Source: Massalongia carnosa | Lineage: Eukaryota | Assembly (NCBI GenBank): GCA_965645245.1 | Contig: OZ287075.1 | Span: 496,001 to 560,000 of the forward strand | Reading direction: 5' to 3' | DNA length: 64,000 nucleotides | Part shown: positions 35,763-47,800 of the stretch, one piece after another | Numbering within the stretch: the stretch's first letter is position 1 | Layout: each line of letters opens with the position of its first letter | The notes under the pieces: model-generated | Told to the model about the DNA's origin: nothing | The model's database searches: none | The model's input: the letters and a program-made list of their open reading frames with translations, nothing else | Program-made: the position numbers and the translations under genes

Positions 35763-38518
35763 CTACCGTCTCCCCAAATCCACATCCAAGACCTTCTTCA
35801 TCCCCCACCTCTCCCCTTCTCCCTCCTCATCATCACCACCCCCCCTTAAAAACCCTCCTCCCTCTATTCCTACCAACCCCACCACCCCATTCCAAACCCC
35901 ACTCACCACCCCCCTCCCAACCTCCCCACTCCTCGCAAAATCCGGAAACGCATTGACCTCTAAGAGCCACGCCCTCCCTCCCGCATCGAGCATCCAATCC
36001 ACGCCGAACACCTCGAAGGAATTTGGCAGCGCTTGGAAATGCGTGCTTTGGGTGCGCGCCGCAGCAAGGAACAGCTCCCCGGTGACGCGTGCAATTTGCA
36101 TTTCTGCTACGCGTTTCCAGTCCGGGGAGAGGTGCGGCGCCGCGGCGGAGGGGAGGTGAGAGAAGAGTGCTACGGTTGGGGATTGTGAAGGGGAAGAGAG
36201 TGAAGAAGGAGAAGAGGAGAGGAGGCAGGTGTTTGTAAGGTGGATGGAAAGGTCGGATGAGGAGATCCATGGCGGGGTGTAGGGGAGGGGAGCGAAGAGG
36301 GCGAGTAGGTCTCTGTAGATGTAGACCCGTAGCGCGCCAAGTGCGAGCACATAGCTGCGTAGGTGAAACTTGCGGTTTTGAAAAGTGGTAAGGAGGAGGG
36401 GGGGATCAATGTACGGCTGCACGACAAAATGGCGCAGGAGGGAAGTGAGGATATAGTTCGACCGGGGCGTTTCGGCTGGACTGGTTGTTTCTTGGTTATG
36501 GGAAGCGGAATCTAACACGGAACCAGAATCGCCGTCCGTGTCGGAAAGGTCGGTTTCCCATTCTTCAAAGATGGCAAGCAGCTGGGCTTCAGTGCTGAAA
36601 AGGCGGATGCCCTGCCCACGATCGCTCATGCCGGGCTTGAGAATCCACCATTCCTGCTCCGGAGGGGGAAGTGCCGCATTCCGAGCAAAGCTCTCGTGTA
36701 GCTCGTAGGCTTCGATGAGGGCGTCGTCAAGGAATTCGGCGTAGTCGAGCTCGAAGTCGAGCGTTGGCTTGATATGGTAGTTTAGCGGGCTAGAGGGGGA
36801 TTTGGCGCACCAGGCGGAGACAGTATGGGCGAGGAAATGCTTGCGAATGAGAGCGATGCGGGTTATGTATGCGTTTGCAAGGTGGGTGGTTGGGTGGGCG
36901 AGCAGGTGGGCGAAGTCTATGGATTCGTATTGGGCGATTTGAAGAAGGAGGGAGGATGGGGACGGAAGGGAGGAGACTGAGGGTATGAGGGCGTAGGATG
37001 AGGGGGGGAATTGTGTTGCGAGTGCTTGGAGAATGAGTGGCTGGACGTAAGGATCTTCGTAGTTAATTAGGGCGTAGAATCTTGGATCAGAGGGTTTGGC
37101 GATTTTATTGATGAGATCCAATCCTGGGGAGGAAAACCTAGTCGTAAGAAGAGATTAGATCCGGAATAAAGGAGGAATTGCAAGTTCGCCTGAGGAGGAT
37201 TTCAGAGTTGTTGAAGGGAAGTAGGAGGTTGTTCCCGCTACATAAAGGTTTTGAAGGCAGGCCACGCTACCTGCAATGAAGATCTGAGACTACGAAATGG
37301 GGTTTCGGTGGTCTATCAGAAAAAGAGAATTCCGCCATGAAATATCACCAAGGAGAAAATCGAAACTTCCCATTGGCAATTTCTGTTCTACGACTTAACT
37401 ATTTACAGCTTAGGACTCACAGCTTAAGTTCTCCCAGTTGAGTTGTAGGGACATGCATGAAATTTGTTTTGAGAGGAGTCACGCTATATTATTTTATCAG
37501 TCAATCACCACAACATAAAGAGAGACGGCGAACCTTGAGTAACCTTGCTTGATTGCCCATCCATCATTGCCGGCTGGACTAGTCTCAATGGTTTTAGTTA
37601 TATCAGAGTATCTTGGCGCCCACTTGAAATGCTTGTGCGTATGCAGTGTTTTTGAGGTTTGCTGATCCTCATTGTCTAACTCCCCGCTCTGTCGAATTTC
37701 CATTTCTCGATTCTCGGGGTCTGGATCGTCTTCGGCGGGCTCAATCTCTTCGAATGAGCTACCCGAAGACCAATAGTTCTGCAATGCATACGTGTAAAAG
37801 ACCTTATTATCCTTAACGCCCTCCATCACCGGCACGTTTATAGAGTATAGGTCGATATCTGGTGGCCAGATGCCGTACAGATGCTCAATAATCTTTAAAG
37901 ATTTCTGACAAGCATCTGCAATAAGGAGAGGCTTGTGATCTCTGGAAAAAAATGCAAAGGAAAGGGCAAGAGCCTTTTTACGGCACAGTGCAGCTTCCAT
38001 TGCGCCTCCAATCGTGCCACTCGATAGGCTGAACAGAGCAGTAGAGTTCCTGCCATAATTAGGGCCCGAAACTACTAGATCGACGGGTCCTCGATCTTGA
38101 AAGAAATGAAACAGCCCAAGTTGAGCGCACGTCGCTGGGGTACTGTCTAGGAGAATCCATTCTTCTTCTTCAGCCCTTGAAGCGAAAGGTTGATCGGAAG
38201 TGGTCCCGTCATCCTGGTGAAGAGTGCCGGGCCGGAAATAGGTTGGTTTTACCAATTGATTGGCGAAATGAGCTTTCCCTATCCATGAGCGCTGTTGATG
38301 AGGCAGAACGACGGAAACGGTATGCCCTCCATTTTGAAGCGTGCTGACAAATGCATGGATATATGGAGAAGACTGTGAGAAAAGATTAGCGGAAGAAATT
38401 CTGGGCATTTCGACGTGGACATTACCTTTTGAGACGGTGGACCATCATCGTTAATTACCTAGTAGAATGTTAGTAGAGCTCTGGATAATCTACGTTGATT
38501 ACTGACGAGAATATGCAT
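35763..38518 (-). CDS. PBY1: SurE nucleotidase-like + tubulin-tyrosine-ligase-like ATP-grasp fusion (PBY1-like)
   Basis: MHIL|VINDDGPP, QRSWIGKAH, VVSGPNYGRN (SurE); WILKPGMSDRGQGIRLF, RKFHLRSYVL, FGVDWM, LLEVNAFPDF (TTL); in-frame joining intron 37138-37420. Confidence 0.88.
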
Positions 38519-39892
38519 ATTAATGTTGAACTGGAGGTTGGAATTATCAAGACGAACATTGCCCTGGTTTTACATATAGGGGACGGGGGGCCAAAAAAAG
38601 GCCCCACACCAAAAATTTACCCACTTCTCATTATGTATTGCAAACAAATCTGATCATCAAAATAATCACTATTATACACGACTATACGCATAAAAAATCG
38701 CTCAGTGTCCTGTCATTTGATTCTTTCCATCTAGCACATTATGCGTTGCAATATTCATTTTATCAACGAATTGACTTGTTCCTAAGGAACGTGATCCTTA
38801 CGAATTGCCTTTAATGTGATCTTATCGTCTTAATAATCCGGTTTTGATAATCACTGCTTGACGAGCTATCAGCAGTTTTCAATACTAAACAGATTGAAGG
38901 ATTTTAAGACGTTAAAGTAGTACAGTCAGATCGGGTTATAAGAAACTGCTGATTAAGAAACCTCGGCTAGTAAGAAACCCGGACGAAAAGACCGGTTTTT
39001 TTCTGGTGAGGGATAAGAAACCTCGCTCTATTAGAAAGTTTCTTAACTTTCTCTAAAAATTTTGCGGTGGTTTCTTACAGTAAATATGACTTCTCCTTCG
39101 ACTTCTTTGAGATATAATAGTCAAAATCCGGAGACTCCATCTCGAAATCCTCGAAAACGTCCTACATCGCCGCTTTCTCTCAGAGAGAGAAGCAGAAAAA
39201 AGGCAATACGGGTACAGCTATTATCATACGATCAGGAAGATATCTACAACGTGGATGAAACTGCGTTATTTTGGAAGGCTACAACCAGTACTACATTGGC
39301 TACGGAACAGCTCCCAGGCGGCAAGGTGGAAAAAGCGAGAATTACTGCAAATTTCTGTTGCAATGCTACTGGAACTCACAAGCTTCTCATATGATTCATT
39401 GGGACGGCCAAAAATCCGCGTGCCTTTGGTTCACAGGATGTTCACGCTTGTAACCTGCATATGATATGACGCAGTAACAGCAGAGCTTGGATGTCGGGCG
39501 ATATATTTCGGGAGTATTTACGTTGGTTTAATGACAACGTAAGTCGTAAGGTTGACTGAATCTCGTGTAATCGGGGCAAAATATGGGCCAATGACTCGAG
39601 AAGAGGCAGAGAAATATGGCTATCTCAATGAGACTCGGGCGCAAGAGCAAGAAACGGAGCAACGACTATAGATGCAAGCTACAATACGGCGTTTGCAAGA
39701 CCGTGGTCATATACAAAGCGCCATGCGTATTGGCGAATTTCTGAACCCTGTTGAAGTGGTGGTAGAGGATACCGAAGAGGATTTGGAGGATCACATCGTT
39801 GCTATATATGATGGCCATGAAAGGGAATACGAGACGGAGGAGGAGGTCATTGTATCACGTGTCCAAAACAAGGACGCTCTACGAGCTCTTGA

Positions 39893-40473
39893 TTTTTTTG
39901 TTATTAATTCATTAAGCGTATGCATCCTAAGGATATGACGCTGTGACTGCTATTTATGTACATAAACAACAGTCAGGAAGTGGAAACCTGGCCCCCAGGG
40001 TAAAACCACTCCCTTGTTCCATGTTGAACGCAACGAGACCGTCCTTCTACCACGCGGTGCGTACACCCAGATCTTCAAGCGCTAGGAATCCTATAAACTC
40101 GATGAACTAGACAGTGTATTTTCACACGTTCGACGAACGTTCTCTCTCTTTAAACGTTTTGATTCAATGGAGGAAAGACTGGCCGTGATCGAGGGCAGAT
40201 CGCGGTGTCGTATAAATGAAGGTGTGTAAGTGTGGCCATTCTAAATGAATGGGCTTTTTCGATGTGGTGAAAGGCTTCCGCCTGAGGGGTGTGGCCATTC
40301 CGAATGAATGGGCTTTGTATGTGTGCCTTCGAGGTGACGAATGATCAGTAGAGACGTTGATCGTTCAAATGGCCACCGATGTGGACTTCCGCGTTGGCGA
40401 TGATCAGATATTGGCCACCTCCGAGGAGGTGTTGATAGCCTGCACCACGTAGAGGTTTCTGACCCAGCAGGCC
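39893..40473 (-). mobile_element. Non-autonomous retroposon (SINE-like), copy 2
   Basis: 13-bp TSD TACGAGCTCTTGA (39880-92 / 40474-86); A-tail; colinear with 17344-18139 but with only about 1.5 of the 59-bp units. Confidence 0.9.
40402..40473 (-). ncRNA. HDV-like ribozyme, copy 2
   Basis: Identical to 18068-18139 except for one base in J1/2. Confidence 0.8.
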
Positions 40474-41379
40474 TACGAGCTCTTGAAACGTTACGGTTAT
40501 ATGAGGAGCAACGAGAGGTCGGTGACGATGAATTGATACGTCGTCTGAATCGTAAAGAGTGGGATATCAAGACCTAAATGGCGATGAGCTCTAGGCAAGC
40601 TGTAATGACGGATTTCTTTGTCATTAGATAGTCGATAGGTATAGTCTTGAAAATATGCCAAGAATTTTGATATTAGAAACCTCGCCTAATAAGAAACCTA
40701 GATGCTACGATTTTGGAGTTTCTTATAACCCGATCTGACTGTACTTTAAATCATTTTCTTTGTCTCATTTTCGTATTGTATTGTTACAAACTGAACTATG
40801 CCTCGAATTATTATCTTCTTTCAAAACGATTCGTTCGTCGACCTCGAGACACGACTTTACAATAGACTCTTTGACTTATCTTTTTATTGATGTTTCTAGA
40901 AACCTCGTAAAAAATCTTGTCTGATCTGTAATTTCATTTCATTTACACTTTAGGATGGGTAAATTTTGGTATGGAAACTTTTTTGGGCCCCGCGTGGAAG
41001 GGTAAAAGTGAAGAATGCAAGTAACTTCTTTATAGGGTAATAAAAAACCTGGTTCTGCTTCATCGTCCCATCCTCTGTGTCTTACGAGACAGTGAATGGA
41101 AGTCTAATGGAATTTTTAATGGGGCCGGGCACTGCCAAGCTCGAAGAAATCATCATTTCATAAAGTACTTCAGGCCTATTCGCCTCCCAACGCTTCAACC
41201 AAATCCAGAGATACGATCGCTATTCAGAAAACTACCCCCAGAGCTAACTTCACATTCAATCTCCCATGTCTATGTGCCTAAATGCCCAGGAATTGACATA
41301 CCACCCGAATCTCTCATGGACAAGCTATCGCTTTCAGCTTGAATATACTCCTCTTAACGTCTTTCCCCGGAAGCCCACT

Positions 41380-44300
41380 TCAGCAAGGTTGCAAATAGTT
41401 ACTAGGCACTAAGCCCGGTCGTCCGTTCGTCCCTGTCACCTCCGCCTCCCACCAGCCATCATCTTGTAGTCTCAAAACAGCCAGCACATCTCCTTTTGCA
41501 AAGCTCAGCTCTTCTGGGATGGCGGCTCGGTAGAGATATAATGCCTTTGCTGTGACGGGCAGGATCCATCAGCATTAATCTGTAAATCGATACGGAGAAG
41601 ATACTTACCAAAGTGTAAAATAGGCCGTCCATCCTGGGTGCACTTTCGTCCATCTGCAACACTCTTACTTCTCGTCCGCTCTCCGGCCGCTAAGTGCCTA
41701 CCAACTTCGTCACCCTGCGTCTGGGACCCTCCATAATAGCTCATGGGCCTTGCAGTGCCTGCTCGGCCTCTTTGGCTGACCACGCTCCTACCCTCGGCCA
41801 ATTGCAATGCCATCGTCCCCGAACTGCTGCTCGGTCTGTCTTGTCTCGCGAACTGTGGCAGCGGAGATACCGCACGTTCGATAACGTTTGGTGCGGCACG
41901 ATGAGAGTATTGGCTCGCTGCGCTGGGGTTGGAGTATTTCGTTGGGCTACTGCTTTGAGATTGCCTTGGGCGCTCAACGATAGACCGAGGGTTTGGGCTT
42001 GAGTTGCGGGCATAACCTTGTCTCTGACCTTGCGCCGAGTCATATCCTGGTCGCGGGCTAATACTTCTTAGCGGTAATGGAGAAGTAGCTCGAAGGACTT
42101 CGGATCCATTGCCTCGAGTAGCTGGCCTTGACGATCCATACATGTCTTTTGTTTGGCCGACATATTTTCGTGTCGTTTGCTGCATCTGTGCCGACGTAAA
42201 GGCGGGCTTAGGTAGATCAAGCCGCTTGACGGGCGTTTGATCATGATAAGACGGAGGTGGTGTTGCAAGCTGAGCTGCCGTGGGGTCGCTCTGACGCACT
42301 GATGGTGTTCCTGGGGTGCCTGGCGCAGGCGTGGCGATGCCGTGATAGCGATCTGCAGACATTCGAACCGAGGATTGTTTGTTGATTCCTTTGAGGTCGG
42401 CTAATGCTTGAGCGATGGGGTCGAGTTCTTTGATGGGTGAAGCCAAAGGGTTTGGTGTAGCTTTATTCCTGTTGCTGCTAGAGTCAGGAGAAGCCACATC
42501 GAAGACATTAGGGCCGACATTAAGCTGGAAGTTAGCCCGTGGATCCACAGGCTCAGGACTACCAGAATATTTATCACGAGAGTTTGTTGAATGATTTCCT
42601 CGTGCATAGGGACGAGTCGGACTTAAGTTGGTGCTTTCAACAGCCCGGCTGCTGGATGGGCCCCAAGTACTGCTGGACTTGGGCGGTGCGAGTATTGGAG
42701 CTTCCTTCTCGTGCTTACTCTTTCGGCGGAAGGGACTATTGCTGAAGAAGCCACTTCTCTTCTTCTGTAGCTCCTTGGTTGGACTAACGATCGGGATGCT
42801 TTGCTTTATCGGGGATTGTTTCGCACTCGGCGGTTCTTGGCTGGAAAAAGACGTCGGGTTCGAATATTCGCTCTGCGAATCTCTACTTGAAGGTCTCATG
42901 GGACTAGCTGCAGAGCTACGCTCGGAGGGGGGAGCTGTGCGGCAGAACATTGTCATCCCATCGGTAGGGTATTCATTATGAGGTACCTTTGGCAACGGGT
43001 CCATCTGAGCATGTTGAACTTGAGCTTGGGCTTGAGCTTGAGCCTGCCTTCGGTAATCGATAGGAGGAGGTTGCATAGGTTTTTGAGGTGTTAATGTCGT
43101 CTCTCGACTTGGCGGAGTGCTCGTTTCCTGATGGCTCATTCGCATAGCTAAATCTGATTGAGGATCATGATGGGACTCAAAGACTGAAGGCTGAGGAGAT
43201 GAACTTCGAAACGCAGGATTGATTGTACGCTGGAACTGAGCCACGGAGTAGTTCTCATCCTCAGAAGCTTCCGATGCAGTATCGTTCAGTTCTCCCCGAC
43301 AGAAGTTGATATATCTTGGTGGATCAGGGATTTCTTGACCAGTCCCTCTTTCTTGAATAAAGCTAGCAATGTCCTTTTCAACCTCGCAGCTTTCCAGAGA
43401 CAGTCGAATTTTCTCACACGACTGCCTTTGTTAGATTCTGTCTTATGTAACGAGGAGCTCACGTACAGCATCATCGCTAACGCAGACAGTAGATGCAACA
43501 TTCGCGAAGGTCCATAGACTACTCTTTGTGAAATCAAGCCTTTCTTCCTCGAGATCTTGAAATTTCTGTTTAGTTGTCAGCAGTTATTACAACGTTCATC
43601 GAGGACACGCACGTCACAAGCAGCCTTCCAATCCCTATTCCATCTCCCAGTAGTCTCCTCTAAAGCTTTTACTGCTGCTTCATACTCGTTGCTTGTGGAA
43701 GCCAATTGAATTTGTGTTTTTTCCATCTTGGCCTTGTTCTTGCGTTCTTCTTGTCCCATGACCATGTGACCTTGCGCAAGATACCCTTTGATTTTGAGGC
43801 AATCTTGTTCGTAGCGATCTCGAGACTTAGCATTGTCAGTAGATGTTCCTCCTGCAAATCGAGTTTGTTGTACCTTGTTCACAGTTTGGGTTTGGTGTAA
43901 CTTCACTTTGTATAACTTTTCAATGCCTGACTGGACGATTTTCCTTCGCTCCTTCATTCCTCCAGCGAATGCAGCCAGCGGCTCTTCCAGTTCACTCTTC
44001 ATTTGGCCCGCAATCCCTTGATGTGATTTCCCCATCGATTCCACCTCTCCGCGCATTACATCGAGAGACGCTCGCAAAGTACCTGCTTCAGACGAGCCCA
44101 GTGGCTTACGACATAATGTCAATAATTTTCGAGCATATTCCTCTTCTATGGCAGCTCGAGCTAAAAGATATCAACATGAGTTTATCTTTCGAGTTTGGTG
44201 ATCTGACTGTTGTAGAATGCTTTTAACTCATCGCAAGTCACTTTTGCATTCTGCATGCGCTCCAAAAGCGGATGTACACCTGCATCTTCTTTGCCCCAGA

Positions 44301-44402
44301 AGTTGTTTGCGACTAAGTTCGTCAGAATGCTCCTTCCCAGGTTCCACAGATGTACTTACAGGACTTAGAAACAGTTGGTCCTTCTGCGACTGTTCCTGGC
44401 AT
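41380..44402 (-). CDS. HOF1: F-BAR (FCH) + SH3 cytokinesis protein, Cdc15/Imp2/Hof1 family
   Basis: FANNFWGKEDAG, RAAIEEEY..L..L, EAGTLRASL; C-terminal SH3 ALY.Y...PEELSF..DDGWWEAE...GLVPSNYL; several introns. Confidence 0.88.
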
Positions 44403-44834
44403 TTTGCTGTTTTCAGCCCCGTAATTTTTAGTGGTTATGATCTATCAATCTAGGTGACCAAACTTTGTAAATCAAGACAGACAATCACAAGTGCGTAAAA
44501 TGTTAGCGGAGGGTTATATTCGCCATTTACTTAGTAAATACTAATCGTTGCTGGGCAACCAAGCTCACTAATTATTAGCAAGCCCATTCGTATAAATATT
44601 TTTCCGTCTCCTTATATGACAAGCTACTATTCCTATCATGGCAAAGTCCAAACCATTCCCAGAGCCTCTTGAACTTCACGAGATGCCTTAACGCCCAATC
44701 GACCTCCATTATAACTTCCCAAGAAGAATCGCAAAGTAACTTCACCCCCATTCATCATATCTTTGACACTCTTCTACCACTCTCAGGTAGCATTAATACC
44801 GGTTCGGAGCGTTACGAATGGTCCTATATCCTAG

Positions 44835-47800
44835 ATGACCTTCCCTTCCCCTCACCCTGCAGCTCAGAACTCCATTGCTACAGGTACAAGCCAGAATCCT
44901 GGCGCGCGGATTGTGAGGATACAGCAATCAGCCTGGGGGCTGCTTCCTCCAGTATCAGGTGTTCGCCGTGGTCTTGCTCCTCTAGCCACAGATCTTGGCT
45001 CATCGCTTGAACCGTCAGGACCGCCCGCTAGTGCTATCACCTCCGTTTCACCCTTTACCTCTACCTTTTCCTCCATTGTCAACTCATCCGCTCGGAATAG
45101 TGGCCGTAACAGCTATACAGCCTCCACATCTGCATCTCCCTTTACTCCTTTGCAAGCTGGATCTCAACAGTCACATTCCCAGATCTTGTCCCCGCGATCG
45201 AGGACCATCACCCCATCGTCAAGTTCAAATTTGGCCTCCACTGCTGCGGCTTCGACCGCCGCGTCTCAAGGTGGGGGAGGTGGGAGTGGCGGTGGAGGAA
45301 GCTCGAGGAATCTGGCTTTTTCACCATCATTACCACAGCAAAATTTGAGCTCACCCACAAACAACACTTTTGACCGCTCCGCATTCACTGGCTCAAACCC
45401 AACAACTACGAACTCTGGTCAATCCTCCGTGTCCAAGATTGTCGTCACGCAAGTTTTCTTGCTGCTGGGGTCAATAACTGAAAAGGAAGGCAAAGCAAAG
45501 TGGGAATCTCAAGCAGAGGCAATTCGGAAGGTGAGCTTGAGTTGTAACTTCAGGAGCGATGCTAATCTATCCAGCTTGTTGAGTCGAACGGCATGGAAGT
45601 CTTTTCTAGATACTTTCGTCGCCTGCTTGTTGGGAATTCACCTCAAATTTTCTCCGGCATCAACAGAAATGTTGAAAACCCAGGGAATTATCAGCTCCTG
45701 GTGCAAGAGATGGAGAAAATCACACAAGATCCCGAGCAGGCGCCGAAGATCGCAGAGATCATAGACACTTCTGAAGGGGACATATTCCGCGACTTTGATT
45801 TGGCAACCTTTATGGAACACTTTAGATTGGATCCGCTAGCCAAGACATTATTAACTTCAGCTTTTCTGCATGTCTCAAAACCGGATCTCCGGACGAAGGG
45901 TAAGCTTTACCCGCTGTATTTACGTGAATGAGATTGACGCTTTTAGCCGGTTCAATCCTTTCCAATACCTTGACACTTCTTCTTCAAAGCTTGGCCAACG
46001 CTCATAACGACAATTATGATGTTGCCCCATCTCTACTCGCCACAACGGCCTTTAAATTCCTTCAAGATCTCCCTGCAGTGTTTCGCAAGGATACGGATAA
46101 AGCGCGAGTGTATCATGCACTGAAACTCCGCTATTCCAAACAAACTTTGCCTTTGCCTCCAGCAATACGTTCAGCAATGGCTTTGATCGACCTGCTCGAG
46201 ACTGGGTTTGAGCTCGCAAAGGACATCCAAAGTCGTGGACCCCAAATCACGGCGAGTGTTGATAATATCAAAGACCTTCTTGTTCGGTGCTCTGATCGTG
46301 AGCTTACCGAGAAGCAAGTCGCTGGTGCTATTCTTTTCATGGTCCTTACGCCGGACTGGCAACAATACTCTCCTGGTATCTTTGTGATGACAGTGCAAGA
46401 CTACGTTGCAAAAGACTTTGTGTGGCAAATGGTAGTTCGGGAGTTTGATCGCAACGGCCTTGCTCTTTCACCCGATCAATTTCTGACGGTCTTTAACTCT
46501 TTACTCCCCATCGCTCAAGGTGATCCTCAATTCGACATACAAGCACTGTGGGGAGGAGGAAAATGGCAGCATCCTGCCACCCAGCTCTCTTTCGTGGTTG
46601 CTTTTGCATCCTTGACGTCATCAGACTTGGACGCAGATACAATCCCTGGTTTGCGGCGAGCTTACGATCCAGTTGAGTCTATGGAAGGGTTTGAGGACGT
46701 CGCGCATTTCATTGAAGAGGCTCGCAAAGATCCAATGATTTCTCTTGATGCTGTCACTGCCATATTCGACCTAATGTCTACCGCTGATGACCAGTCCTCC
46801 GAGTCTGTCATGGCATTGAAAGTGTTGATTGACGCAAAGATGGGCCTCTTTTTGTGCTCGGCTGCTGGCATTTCTAGACCCTGGACACCCATTCAGCAGT
46901 CGGTCATGTCGACTTTGTTGAGCCACTACCTACTCAAAGAGAGGCCTGATTACAGGTATGTGCTTCATTCAGTATGGAAGCAAGATAGGCAGTTGGTAGC
47001 AACGGGGATTATTGAGAGCCATGCCCACGATCCAATGCGATTGCCTGTATTATTGGAGCATGCCCAAGAGCATGGATGGCTTGGCGATCTTTGCACCATA
47101 CTTAATGGGTTTGGGACTGATCTCGCGGCATTGGCGCATCGGTACGGTTACATTGACCTTGAACAGTGGGCTCAGGAGAAGCTAGATCAGGCTCCAAAAG
47201 ATCTTTTACACAATATTCATAAATTTTTGGTCATAAAGGCTCAAGATGAGATGAGGACCAGTCGGAACGAGCAACCGGGTCCAAGAACTGTGCCTCTTGC
47301 GGTGAAGACGGTTTTTGTTATGTTGGATGTTCTTCAGCAGCAGCATCCGTCTGAAGAGCTGGTTCTTCTTGAACGACAGTGCGTGCAAGCATACCCTAGG
47401 CTTATCAATTATGGCGAAGGATTTGACGATATGATCGACAAGCTGGGTGCAGACAGCAATTCGCTGTCATCAGTCACGGATGCGCAAATGCAAGATATAT
47501 ACAAACGCATGTATTCCGGTGAGCTAGATTGTAGGGATATCATTGCAGAACTGGAGGGCTACAAGGTATCAGATGAAGGTCAGAAGCAGGACCTATATGC
47601 CTGTATGATCCATGGACTTTTTGATGAATTCGGCTGCTTCAAAGAGTACCCTTTAGCCCCATTGGCAACAACAGCTGTTTTATTTGGAGGGATTATCAAT
47701 TTTGGGCTTGTATCGGATCTAACGCTTCGCGTTGGTCTGGGAATGATTCTTGAAGCGGTTCGTGATTGGCCTCCTGAAACATCCATGTACAAGTTTGGAC

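Larger units (their letters stand above)
38923..40741 (+). mobile_element. pogo/Tigger-type DNA transposon, degenerate
   Basis: Perfect 25-bp TIR CAGTCAGATCGGGTTATAAGAAACT; TA TSD (38921-22 / 40742-43); DDE_1 remnants IYNVDETALFWK, CCNATGTHKL, AWMSGDIF with TGG>TGA stops; subterminal TAAGAAACC repeats. Confidence 0.92.
38583..40995. mobile_element. Old MITE-like element (about 0.6 kb, imperfect ~40-bp TIRs) hosting a pogo insertion
   Basis: ACGGGGGGCCAAAAAAAGGCCCCACACCAAAAATTTACCCA matches the reverse complement of 40956-40995; AT-rich interior. Confidence 0.6.
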
